Origin: an uncultured Haladaptatus sp.
GTDB lineage: Archaea; Halobacteriota; Halobacteria; Halobacteriales; Haladaptataceae
Direction of reading: 5' to 3'
DNA: 64,000 bases
NCBI GenBank assembly: GCA_964399275.1
Contig: CAYNQM010000001.1
Coordinates: forward strand, 29,463-93,462
Shown here: one piece after another, positions 49,058 through 58,850 of the stretch
How the letters are laid out: each line of letters begins with the position of its first letter
Numbering within the stretch: position 1 is the first letter of the stretch
Made by a program: the position numbers and the translations under genes
The notes under the pieces: generated by a model
The model's input: only the letters and a program-made list of their open reading frames with translations
Databases searched by the model: none
What the model was told of the DNA's origin: nothing

Positions 49058-51019
49058 ATGGAGCTAACACGGCAGAACCTGGGGCAGGTTAACCTCACCG
49101 TTCGTAACATCGGCGGTATCGACCAGACGGAGGTCTCGTTTTCACCGAGTATAACCGCTCTTACCGGACGTAATGCGACTAACCGGACTTCCTTGCTTCA
49201 AGCAATCATGGCGGCACTTGGAAGTAACCAGTCGTCCTTGAAAGGTGATGCCGACGAAGGCATGGTCGAGCTGACGATTGGTGACGACACCTACACGCGG
49301 ACGCTCACGCGCCGGAACGGCACCGTTTCGATGGGCGGCAGTCCGTATCTCGCTGACCCTGAACTGGCAGACCTCTTTGCGTTCTTGCTCGAATCGAACG
49401 AAGCTCGGCGTGCCGTCGCCCGCGGCGACGACCTTCGAAGCCTCATCATGCGGCCCGTCGATACGGACGCAATCCAGGCAGAAATCGAGCAGTTGAAAGC
49501 CGAGAAGCGCCAACTCGACGACGAACTTTCGGACCTCGAATCGCACAAAAAGCGCCTTCCCGGTCTCGAAGAAGAACGGACGCAGTTGGAAAAGGAGATA
49601 GAAGAGAAACAAACGGCACTCGCCGACAAAGAGGCCGAACTGGAAGCGACTGATGCAGATATCGGCGAGACGAAGGCCGAAAAGGAAGCACTCGAAGAGA
49701 AACTCGACGAGTTGAGCGACACTCGCTCTCGACTGGAGGACGTTCGGTTCAAGATTACGACCGAGGAAGAGAGCATCGAGGCGCTCGAAAGCGAAGCCAC
49801 GTCGCTCGAAGAAACCGTCGCAGACCTCCCCGAGACGTCTGACGAGAAGGTACGCTCGCTCGAAGAACGAATCCAGCAATGCCGCGCGGAGAAGCAACGG
49901 TTGGAATCGACGATGACCGAACTCCAGACGATTATCCAGTTCAACGAGGAGATGCTGGACGGGACGAGCCACGAACTTCTCGACGCATTACAGGCGGACG
50001 AGGCGTCTGCGTCGTCGGACGAACCGATAACCGACCAACTCGTTGACGATACCGAAACAGTCGTCTGTTGGACGTGCGGAACGGAGGTCGAGAAACAAAC
50101 CATCGAGGAGACAATCGGTCGGCTACGCGAACTTCGGGAAGAAAAGATCGCAGACCGCAACGCCATCGAATCCGAAATCGAGACCATCGAAAACGAAAAG
50201 CGAGACATCGAAGAGACACGGCGTCAGCACGAGCAGTCGAAACAGCAACTTCAGCAACTCGAATCCGAACTCGAAGAGCGCGGAGATCGAGTCGACGACC
50301 TCCGCGAAACCCGAGAGACACTCACTGACGAAATCGAGTCGCTCGAATACGAGGTCGAAGAACTCGAACAAGAGGAGTACAGCGACTTGCTGGACATCCA
50401 CAAAGAGGCGAACAAACTGGAGTTCGAGTTGGGCCGCCTCGAATCCGACCTCGAAGACGTCAAAGCCGAAATAGCGTCTATCGAGTCGAAGGTCGATGAA
50501 CAGGAACAACTCGAATCACGACGAGAGACGATCCGAGAGGAACTCGCAGACCTTCGAACTCGCATCGACCAACTCGAAACCCAAGCGGTCGAGCAGTTCA
50601 ACGACCACATGGAGACGGTTCTCGACCTGCTGGATTACGACAATCTCGAACGCATCTGGATCGACCGTGCCGAACGAGACGTTCGCGAGGGCCGACGGAA
50701 GGTCACGAAGAGTACGTTCAACCTGCACGTCGTGCGGAGCACGGAGTCGGGGAGCACCTACGAAGACACCATCGACCACCTCAGCGAAAGCGAGCGGGAA
50801 GTCACCGGACTCGTCTTCGCGCTTGCGGGGTATCTCGTCCACGACGTGTACGAGAAAGTGCCGTTCATCCTGCTCGACTCGCTCGAAGCAATCGACTCGA
50901 ACCGAATTGCGATGCTCGTCGATTACTTCAGCGAGTACGCGGGCTATCTCGTCGCCGCTCTGCTCCCCGAGGACGCCGCCGCCCTCGACGAAAAGTACGA
51001 GCGCATAACCGAAATCTGA
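49058..51019 (+). CDS. sph3: Archaea-specific SMC-like protein (Sph3-like)
   Basis: NIGGI, degenerate P-loop GRNATNRTS, long coiled coils split by a CWTC hook, LSESERE signature and LLDSLEAIDS Walker B. Confidence 0.85.
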   Translation: MELTRQNLGQVNLTVRNIGGIDQTEVSFSPSITALTGRNATNRTSLLQAIMAALGSNQSSLKGDADEGMVELTIGDDTYTRTLTRRNGTVSMGGSPYLADPELADLFAFLLESNEARRAVARGDDLRSLIMRPVDTDAIQAEIEQLKAEKRQLDDELSDLESHKKRLPGLEEERTQLEKEIEEKQTALADKEAELEATDADIGETKAEKEALEEKLDELSDTRSRLEDVRFKITTEEESIEALESEATSLEETVADLPETSDEKVRSLEERIQQCRAEKQRLESTMTELQTIIQFNEEMLDGTSHELLDALQADEASASSDEPITDQLVDDTETVVCWTCGTEVEKQTIEETIGRLRELREEKIADRNAIESEIETIENEKRDIEETRRQHEQSKQQLQQLESELEERGDRVDDLRETRETLTDEIESLEYEVEELEQEEYSDLLDIHKEANKLEFELGRLESDLEDVKAEIASIESKVDEQEQLESRRETIREELADLRTRIDQLETQAVEQFNDHMETVLDLLDYDNLERIWIDRAERDVREGRRKVTKSTFNLHVVRSTESGSTYEDTIDHLSESEREVTGLVFALAGYLVHDVYEKVPFILLDSLEAIDSNRIAMLVDYFSEYAGYLVAALLPEDAAALDEKYERITEI

Positions 51020-51684
51020 ACACTGCGCTCGTCTCCTGCTGTTTTCGTTGATTTACCACGCTCGTCGCAATCTCTCTCATTACATTTCTATGGCTGTAAC
51101 AGATATGTCACAGATTGTCATGGGTTGGAAATCTTACTATCCAACGGCGAGCGAGTCCTCGACAGCAGCAACGACGCGGTTGATTTTGATATTTCGACCA
51201 TTTTTCGATGAGGACTGACGACCGCTACTGTGCAAACGATACCGGGAAATCTTTGTTCGGATATATGAATATTAACGAACAAATAACGGGGCGAAAACGT
51301 TTACTAATTGCCAATTTCTCAAACAAATGGACGAATTTCGTTAAAACGAGTTATTTTCATTTTTAAATATAAAAGGTTCTAGATATATGTATTCGAAAAG
51401 GTTGTACATCTACATATTCTTCAGCAATGGAACACAATCGAATTCGGTTGGAAACGGCCAGTTAAGCCGCACAAGTCGTCGCTAGTGCTGGAGACAATGG
51501 ACGAGTAATTTCCACGAGGGTCGTTAAGGTTCGGCACCTCAGTCGAGGAGGACGACTTACGTGATACGATGTGCCGGGCTATCGACCGCTGTGCCTGACC
51601 TTAATCGCTTCCGTCGTCCACGACCCCTGCGATGTCCGGTGTCGATAGCCGATGTCAACGGCCGCGAGGGCGGTTTCGCGCCGA

Positions 51685-54678
51685 TTACTCATCCGACTCA
51701 CTCTGTGACTTCTTCGGACGGTGCGTCTGTGGCGGCCGGTCGGAGAGGAGCGACTCGGGCGGTACCCTGACGAGCGCACCGGCGACGAGCGCCGCGCTGA
51801 GACACATCACGCCCACGCCTGCCGCAACGACGCCGATGGCCACGCGAGGGGTGATCGACGGCGTGATTCGGACGCCGTACAGGACGAGCAGTCCAGCTTT
51901 CGCCAGTAGCGAAACCGCGACTATCGCCACCGCGAACGCGACGACGGTTGCGACTCCTCCGACGGCCAGTGCGTCGGTGAGGATGTGCGTGACGATCCTA
52001 ACCGGGGATGCGCCCGTCGCGCGATGGACGCCGACGACGCGGCGACGGGAGTGGACGGTGTACGCGACCGTCGCCGTGGTGCTTCCGACCGTCATCAGTC
52101 CCGCCAGACAGACGAACACCCCGATGAGGAGGTCGAGGTTGCCGAACGCGGTCGAGATGGCGCGACTGATGCCGGTACTGCCGGTTTCGCCGCTGGTGGC
52201 GAGCGCGCTGACGATTCGGTCGTCACCGACGATGCGATAGGTCGTTTCGTCGAAAATTCGCCCATCGACCGTCGCGCGGACGGGGTGCGAACCGGGTGCG
52301 GCCGGGTCGAGTTCGGTGCTGACTGTCGTCCGTTGACCCGGTGCCAACCGAACCTGTTGGCTGTGCTTGTTAGTGCCAGCGGTTATCGTGACCGACCGCG
52401 TCAGCGTCTCGTTCCACGGGTTGGTGACTTCGAGTATCGCCGTCGGTTGCCCGAGAATCGTCGCTCGACGCGGTTGCACCCGGAGTTGACCGACAATCGA
52501 CCGTTGCGCGGACGGGGAGACGCGAACTGTCTCCGTCGCCGTTCCGTTTCCAGCGGTGGCGCGAATCGTCGCATTCCCCGGTGCGCCGAGTTGGACTCTC
52601 GCGGTTCCGTTCGTCCCCGTCGTCGTCTCATTGTCGCCCACCGTGACGGTCGCGTTTCGCACCGGATTTCCGGCAACGTCCGTGACGCGGACGAGGGGCG
52701 CGCTGTTCGGCGGTGCGCGCTCTGGCACGCCGTGGAGTTCCACGGTGTCGCGCGGGACGACGCGAACGGTTCGCGTCCGGTTGGCGACGACGACCTGCTG
52801 GCGTCCGAGTCGCTTCGTCGGAAGTCGGACGACCACTGTACGACGTTCGCCTCCCTCGACCGAAACCGTCCGTTCCCGTTGGCGGTCGCCGACTCGCACC
52901 GAGACGTGACTGTTCGCCCGCTCCGAGCCGAGATTTTGCAGGTGGACGCGAACCGGAATCGCCGTTCCGTTGGGGACTTGGGTTGGCACGGAGACGCCGA
53001 CGACGGCACTGGTCTTCCCGGTAGCTTGGATGCGAGAATCCGTTCGCACCATCTGCACCATGCCCGAATCGACGCGCGCCAGGTGGCGCGCTGTCGGGAG
53101 CGTGACGAGCAGTTGGTCGTCGAACGGCCCCGGTGCGGCGTACGTACCGACTATCTTCACGCGGTCGAGACCGGCTTTCGTGCTCCCGCCGAGCGTCACG
53201 GAGTCGTTCAGCGATAGGTCGTGGGTTCGTGCGAGGTCTGCTCCGACGACGGCCTCGTTGGGTCCGTCTGGCCGCCGCCCGCGGACGAGTCTCGCGTCCG
53301 ACACGCGAGCGAACGACGCGAACCGTACGCCCCGAACCACCATCGGTTCCCCGTCGTGGACGCCGAAGGCGAGTATCTCGGGACTCGCCGTCATCCCGCG
53401 GTCTTCGAGCGCTGTCGCGTACCCTGTCGGGACGCGACTGGCGATTGGGTGGTTCGCATTCGAATCCGTGATCGTCGTCCCGCTGGTTTGAACGAGCGGT
53501 GCGACGACGCCCGTAATCGACGCGATGAGAACGACGACGGTTACGAACGCCGCGAGCGGTACGACGCTCGGAAGGAGTGCGCGCCAGTCGAGCAGGGTCA
53601 ACCGATGCACTCTGCCGAAAACGTCGCCGACGACACTCCAGCGTGACGACTGCTGTTGCGGTGCGTCCGGCGTCGGCGGACGGCGCGTGATGTGCCACGC
53701 GGCCAAGACCCCCGCGGCCGCGCCAATCGCAATGGTGACGGCGTACAGGGGAAGAAGAATCGTCGCGGCGCGCTGTGTCACGCGAATCGTCAGCGAGGTC
53801 GGAACGCCCAGATAGATGGCCGTATTGACGACGACGTTCGTCGCGACGACGCCGACGGCGTACCCGAGCGCGGTTCCGACGGCCGTGAGAGCACCCGCCC
53901 GAATCCCGTACAGTCGCAGTAACGTTCTTGGGACGCCGCCGGTCGCGCGAACGACGCGGATCGTTCGTCGTCTGTCGCGGGTATGCATTCGCGTGACGCC
54001 ATACACAGTGACGCCAACGAGGACGCTGGTTCCGACCGCCGTCACCCCCAAGACCGTGATGACTTGCTGGATGCCGGTGAGGAAGAACGGAAGCACTGAC
54101 CGGAGCGGCGTCCCGCCGTCGGCGGACGGTTCCGCCGCGTGCGGCGTTGCATCGACGACGAAGACGCCGGTGCGGCCGAGTCGGTTCACGACCGAGTCGT
54201 CAGCCACGTACCAGTAGGGCGGCAGGAGACCGTCCGCTTTGCCGTGCGGAGCGATGCGAACCGTGCGAGACGCGTTCGCACCGTCGAGGTGTCGCGTCGT
54301 CATCGATTCGACTGCGCCGCTGGTCGCGCCCGCATCAGGTGGGCACGGAACCGAATAGTCGGTCTTTTCACGGAACTCGCGGGCTCGTTCGCACGGGACG
54401 CCCGCGACCACCGCCGACGTTCCGTTCGGTTCCGTCACCGACGCGATGGGGACGACGAGCGCGTCGTCGTCCGCGGCGGCGCGGGCCTCCGCCATCGTTT
54501 CGTAGTAAGTGGCCTGTCCCCCGGCGTCGTACTCCTCGGCGAGCGTCGTCGTCTGGGTGCCTGCGGCCAGCACGACCAGCGTCGCGCCGGTGAGGAATGC
54601 GACGGTCACGACGACGACGAGGATTGCGAGCACATCGCGCCGCGACCACCGCGTCAGCAGGAGACGTTGGTATCCCAC
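51685..54678 (-). CDS. Large FtsX/MacB-type (type VII) ABC permease with Ig-like extracytoplasmic domains
   Basis: Two FtsX TM blocks (RRRTIRVVRATGG, RRRVVGVHRATGA), a MacB-PCD-like EAVVGADLA segment, beta-rich CARDB/Ig-like repeats and many NxT/S sequons; GTG start. Confidence 0.88.
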   Translation of the reverse strand: MGYQRLLLTRWSRRDVLAILVVVVTVAFLTGATLVVLAAGTQTTTLAEEYDAGGQATYYETMAEARAAADDDALVVPIASVTEPNGTSAVVAGVPCERAREFREKTDYSVPCPPDAGATSGAVESMTTRHLDGANASRTVRIAPHGKADGLLPPYWYVADDSVVNRLGRTGVFVVDATPHAAEPSADGGTPLRSVLPFFLTGIQQVITVLGVTAVGTSVLVGVTVYGVTRMHTRDRRRTIRVVRATGGVPRTLLRLYGIRAGALTAVGTALGYAVGVVATNVVVNTAIYLGVPTSLTIRVTQRAATILLPLYAVTIAIGAAAGVLAAWHITRRPPTPDAPQQQSSRWSVVGDVFGRVHRLTLLDWRALLPSVVPLAAFVTVVVLIASITGVVAPLVQTSGTTITDSNANHPIASRVPTGYATALEDRGMTASPEILAFGVHDGEPMVVRGVRFASFARVSDARLVRGRRPDGPNEAVVGADLARTHDLSLNDSVTLGGSTKAGLDRVKIVGTYAAPGPFDDQLLVTLPTARHLARVDSGMVQMVRTDSRIQATGKTSAVVGVSVPTQVPNGTAIPVRVHLQNLGSERANSHVSVRVGDRQRERTVSVEGGERRTVVVRLPTKRLGRQQVVVANRTRTVRVVPRDTVELHGVPERAPPNSAPLVRVTDVAGNPVRNATVTVGDNETTTGTNGTARVQLGAPGNATIRATAGNGTATETVRVSPSAQRSIVGQLRVQPRRATILGQPTAILEVTNPWNETLTRSVTITAGTNKHSQQVRLAPGQRTTVSTELDPAAPGSHPVRATVDGRIFDETTYRIVGDDRIVSALATSGETGSTGISRAISTAFGNLDLLIGVFVCLAGLMTVGSTTATVAYTVHSRRRVVGVHRATGASPVRIVTHILTDALAVGGVATVVAFAVAIVAVSLLAKAGLLVLYGVRITPSITPRVAIGVVAAGVGVMCLSAALVAGALVRVPPESLLSDRPPQTHRPKKSQSESDE

Positions 54679-55031
54679 GGCTTACGTCCGCTCCTGCTGG
54701 CGTCGTTCCCATTCGTTCGACGACGTAACCCACAGGTGCGTCTTCGCTTCTGCGCTCCGCATCGACGGCGTCGGTGGAACGTCGGCCGAGAGAACAGAAA
54801 ACCCGTATCCGAGAAGGAGGTCGATAGACGAACGGGCGGTTTGACGCGGGGTAGAGGAGGGATTCATTCCGTTGGGCTGACGCTCGCCACGACAAAGTGT
54901 ATTATGGAATATTTGACATAATATTGCGTGTCAAGAAGAGAAACGATTAGCGGCCGACGAACTTTTTTCGACTGATCGAAACCACGGATTCACCGGCTGT
55001 CAGCGCGAACCGTCGCGTGACGGCTCTCTTG

Positions 55032-55694
55032 CTATTCGACCGTCCGCACGGTTCCGTCCTCGATTCGAACCACTCGCTCGAACAGACTGCGCAGTTGTGG
55101 GTCGTGACTTATCGTCACGAGCGCGGTTTCGGTGGTGGCCCGCAGTTCCAAGACGAGGTCGAGCACCTGGTCGGTCGTCTTCGGGTCGAGTTGGCCCGTC
55201 GGTTCGTCCGCCAGCAACACCCCCGGCCGATTCGCCAGCGCCCGCGCGGTTGCGACGCGCTGTTTCTCGCCGCCGCTGAGCGTCGCGGGATACTGCTCTT
55301 TGACGCCGCCGAGTTCGAGGCTTTCGAACAGCGTTTCGAGCCATTCCTCGTCGCGCTCGCCAGTGTGGTCTTGCGGAAGTGCGGCGTTTTCCCACGCCGT
55401 GAGGTCGGCGATGAGCTGGAAATCCTGAAAGATGAAGCCGATGTGCTCCCGCCGAAGGTGTGCGCGCCGCCGCTCCGAGAGTTGCTGGGCGTCCGTTCCG
55501 TTCACCCGAATCGTCCCCTGCGACGGCGTCGCTAGCAGTCCGAGGAGGTTGAACAGAGTCGTCTTCCCCGCCCCGCTCGACCCTTGCACGAGGATTTTGG
55601 CGTCCGCCGGGACGCGAAGCGAGACGTCGTGCAGGATTTTGCTCTCGCCTCGGGTCACGCCGACGGCGTCCGCTTCGAGTATCGTCTCGGTCAT
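55032..55694 (-). CDS. LolD/MacB-type ABC ATP-binding protein
   Basis: GSSGAGKTT, IGFIFQDFQL, LSGGEKQRVA, LADEPTGQLD and ISHD. True start is ATG 55694 (MTETIL), not the 1126-aa ORF start. Confidence 0.92.
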   Translation of the reverse strand: MTETILEADAVGVTRGESKILHDVSLRVPADAKILVQGSSGAGKTTLFNLLGLLATPSQGTIRVNGTDAQQLSERRRAHLRREHIGFIFQDFQLIADLTAWENAALPQDHTGERDEEWLETLFESLELGGVKEQYPATLSGGEKQRVATARALANRPGVLLADEPTGQLDPKTTDQVLDLVLELRATTETALVTISHDPQLRSLFERVVRIEDGTVRTVE

Positions 55695-55759
55695 CCAAAC
55701 GGTGTGCGACCCGCGAGTACAAAGGTGATGTGGCGATTCGTCTCCCGGGAAGCGCACCG

Positions 55760-58738
55760 TCACTGTTCGGCCGGATCGGCGAGGAGGAACGGAATCGTCA
55801 CCACGAGCGCGCTGACGGTGGCGAGGAGGAACGACCCAACGGCCACCGTGACGAGTATCTGCACCGAGGCCGAAATCGACAACTGAACGCCGAACACGAT
55901 TAAGAGACCGAGCGTTTCGAGCACCAGTCCGACGAGGAGTGCCGCCGCGATTCCGACGACTATCGAGACGGCCGAAATCCGCCACACGTCGGCGAGGACG
56001 AGGCGGAGTATCTGTCGCCGAGTTGCTCCGGTCGCGCGGTGAATCGCCACGGCCCGCCGCCTCGCGTGGACGCTCTGTGCGAACGTCGCCGCCGTGCTTC
56101 CGACCGTCGTCAGACCGGCGAGAACCGCCATCGAGACCAGCAGGGTCTGCAAGTCGCCGAACACGCTCCGAACCGCGTGTCCGATGCCCGACCCCTTCGA
56201 GAAGTCGCTGTCGCGGGCGACGGTCGAGTAGACGCGTTCGTCGCCGACGACGCGATACTGGTTGGTGGCGAGAGCGTCGCCGTCTGAGACGAGACGGACG
56301 GCATGTTTGCCGGGGGGAAGCTTGTCGGACTGCGAGTCGGACGCGAGTTCGACCGTCGTCGATTCGATTCGGTGCGACGGGAGCGTCACGGTTCGCGTTA
56401 CGGTCTTTCCCGACGTGACGACGGAAACCCGTCTCGTCAGCGTTCTGTCCCACGGGTTGACGAGTGTCACGTTGGCGGTCGGACGAGCGTAGACGCTGGC
56501 GGGATTCGGACTCACGCGAACCCGTCCGCCGAACGAGAGCGACGCCCCCTGCTCGACCGAGACGTGCGTCGAGTTCGTTCGCTTCCCCTTCGAAGCGGTC
56601 AGCGTGTAGTTCCCCGTTCGGTTCGGGAGCGTGACGGTTGCGACGCCGTCCGCGTTCGTCGTCCGCGTCGTTCCCGCGAGTTCGACGGTCGCACCCGCCA
56701 CCGGTTCGCCGTCCCCCGTCACCACGGGGACGTGCATTTGCGCTCCCGGCGGCCCTCGATTCGGCACGATGTCGAGCGACAGCGGTGGCTGGCGGTAGAC
56801 GGCGATTTGCTTCGCCCGCGACCCGACGCGGAGCGTGTGGTTCCCCGGTCTTTCGACGGTGAGGTTCAGCGTCACGCTCGAACTCTCGCCCGGCGGCGGC
56901 GACGCGACGAAGGACTTCGATTCCCCGGCGAGACGGACGGCGAACCGCTGTTTCTCGGCACTGTTTTCGAAGTTGTGTACGTCCAACCGCACGGTGAGCG
57001 GGTCGCCGACCGACGCGGTCTGCGGAATGTCCACGCCGGTCACGGCGATGCCGCTGTCGCCGCCTGAGAGGTTCGGCGTGCCGCCCGCGGTTCTGATGAA
57101 CTGAACGGTACCCGGATTCGTCGAGAGGTCGTGTGCGGTCGGGAGCGGAACGACCAACTGGTCGTCGAGGACGCCCGGCGCGTCGAACGTGCCGACGATA
57201 CGAATCCGCGTCGTCGCGGGCGACGACGCCCCGCCGAGCGTAATCGAGTCGCCGATGCCGACATCGAGCGTCCGCGCGAGGTCGCGGCCGACGACTGCCT
57301 CGTACTTGGTTTGCGGGGCGCGTCCGGCGACGAGTCGAGCGTCGGAGACGGCGCGGAACGAGGAGAAGTTCGCCCCTCGAACGAGGTACGGTTGTCCGTC
57401 TCGAAGCTGTGGAACGAGAATCTCCGGACTGGCGGCGAGCCCCTGCGACCGGAGCGCCGACGCGTAGTCGGCGTCGATCCGACTCGCCATCGGATAGGGC
57501 GCGTCCGATTCGGAAATGGTTCCGCTCGACGGGGTAGCGAGCGGCGTCAGTGCGGTCGCCAGCGACCCCGAGAGAAGGACGATGAGCGCGAATACAGCCA
57601 AGGTGGTCGCGGTCGGAACCAGCGCCCGCCACTGCAACAACGTTGTCCCGGCACGCGCTCGGAGCGACTCGGAGTCGGTGGTACGTCGCGATTCCGGCGA
57701 CTGAATCGTCGTCAGCGAGGCGGGCGGTTTCGACACCGCTGGCCACGCGGCCAGCACGCCAGCGAGCAGGCCGACGACCGTGACGCAGACGAATACCGGG
57801 AGCAGAACCGCGAGCGACGTAGTCGTGACCTGCGGCGCGAGCGAGAGTGGGACGCCAGCGTAGACGGCGACGTTGACGGCGAAGCGCGTGAGGATGACGC
57901 CGGTCGCGTACCCGAGCAGAACGCCCGTGATAGTGAGCAATCCCGCCCGAGCGCTGAACAGGGCGAGAACCTGTCGCGGCGTACCGCCGGTCGTGCGGAC
58001 GACTCGAATAGCCGTCGTCCGCTCGCGGACGCTCATCCGCGTCACGTTGTAGAGGACGACGAGGACGAGGACGGCCGCGAGTATCGTCACCCCGGCTAAC
58101 ACCCGGAGCACCTCCCGAACGCCCGCAAGGAAGTACAGGAACAGCGAGGGGGTTGCGGTGCCACGGTCCCCGAGACGGTCGAACCCGCTTCCGGGCGCAC
58201 GCTCGATGACGAATGCGCCCGACCCCCCCACGTCGCGGACGGTCGATGGTGTGCCGACGTACCACGAGCGAGGGAACGCCGATTCGCCGGAGTACGGCGA
58301 GACGCGTAGGCGAACGCTCCCGCCGTCGGTTTCGAACCGGCGCGTCGTCGGTCGCTCCACCGAACCCTTGACGCCCGTCTCGGGCGGCGGCGGGAGACGG
58401 GCCGTCCGCCACGCGACGGAGTAGTTAGAGAGTACGGTCGGCGCGTCCGGCGGAATCCCGACGAGAAGGTGGTCGGTGCCGTTTCGCGAGACGGTCGCAG
58501 TCGGAAGCAGGATGCTTGATTGACTCGTGTGATTCCGCGCGGTAGCGACCGAGTCGAAGTGCCGTACCGTCATCGAGTCGGAGAACTGGTTCGAGACCGA
58601 TTCGGTTTCGGTGCCGACGGAGAGCAACAGCAACGTGGTGCCGACGAGAAATGCGACGATGACGGCGACGACGAGAACTGTGAGTCGGTCGCGGCGCGAC
58701 CATCGAGTAAGCAAGGGTCGGCGGTAGGTTCGCGTCAT
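55760..58738 (-). CDS. Large FtsX/MacB-type ABC permease, paralog of 51685-54678
   Basis: Same N-terminus (LLTRWSRRD...VAFL.G), two FtsX blocks, ASPEIL, EAVVGRDLA, DDQLVV and YRVVGDER motifs, and Ig-like domains. Confidence 0.88.
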   Translation of the reverse strand: MTRTYRRPLLTRWSRRDRLTVLVVAVIVAFLVGTTLLLLSVGTETESVSNQFSDSMTVRHFDSVATARNHTSQSSILLPTATVSRNGTDHLLVGIPPDAPTVLSNYSVAWRTARLPPPPETGVKGSVERPTTRRFETDGGSVRLRVSPYSGESAFPRSWYVGTPSTVRDVGGSGAFVIERAPGSGFDRLGDRGTATPSLFLYFLAGVREVLRVLAGVTILAAVLVLVVLYNVTRMSVRERTTAIRVVRTTGGTPRQVLALFSARAGLLTITGVLLGYATGVILTRFAVNVAVYAGVPLSLAPQVTTTSLAVLLPVFVCVTVVGLLAGVLAAWPAVSKPPASLTTIQSPESRRTTDSESLRARAGTTLLQWRALVPTATTLAVFALIVLLSGSLATALTPLATPSSGTISESDAPYPMASRIDADYASALRSQGLAASPEILVPQLRDGQPYLVRGANFSSFRAVSDARLVAGRAPQTKYEAVVGRDLARTLDVGIGDSITLGGASSPATTRIRIVGTFDAPGVLDDQLVVPLPTAHDLSTNPGTVQFIRTAGGTPNLSGGDSGIAVTGVDIPQTASVGDPLTVRLDVHNFENSAEKQRFAVRLAGESKSFVASPPPGESSSVTLNLTVERPGNHTLRVGSRAKQIAVYRQPPLSLDIVPNRGPPGAQMHVPVVTGDGEPVAGATVELAGTTRTTNADGVATVTLPNRTGNYTLTASKGKRTNSTHVSVEQGASLSFGGRVRVSPNPASVYARPTANVTLVNPWDRTLTRRVSVVTSGKTVTRTVTLPSHRIESTTVELASDSQSDKLPPGKHAVRLVSDGDALATNQYRVVGDERVYSTVARDSDFSKGSGIGHAVRSVFGDLQTLLVSMAVLAGLTTVGSTAATFAQSVHARRRAVAIHRATGATRRQILRLVLADVWRISAVSIVVGIAAALLVGLVLETLGLLIVFGVQLSISASVQILVTVAVGSFLLATVSALVVTIPFLLADPAEQ

Positions 58739-58850
58739 GGTTGACGGTTGGCGGAGCGTGACGCGAACTGCTGGCGCTCGGTCGGCGACGAATTCCGGCC
58801 GAGGCGTCGCGTGAGGCGTGACCGAACGCCGACACGATACTCGTTCGGCG

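Noticed and set aside
49058-51019. Defence-system or chromosome-segregation SMC (Wadjet, Lamassu, Rad50)
   Set aside because: The ATPase motifs are degenerate, there is no nuclease, kleisin or Mre11 partner, and the rdfA neighbour identifies it as Sph-type.
55032-58412. 1126-aa ORF that looks like a giant ATPase fusion
   Set aside because: The first ~900 codons are an Arg/Gly-rich alternative frame over the real permease. Only the last 220 aa from ATG 55694 are a genuine ABC ATPase.
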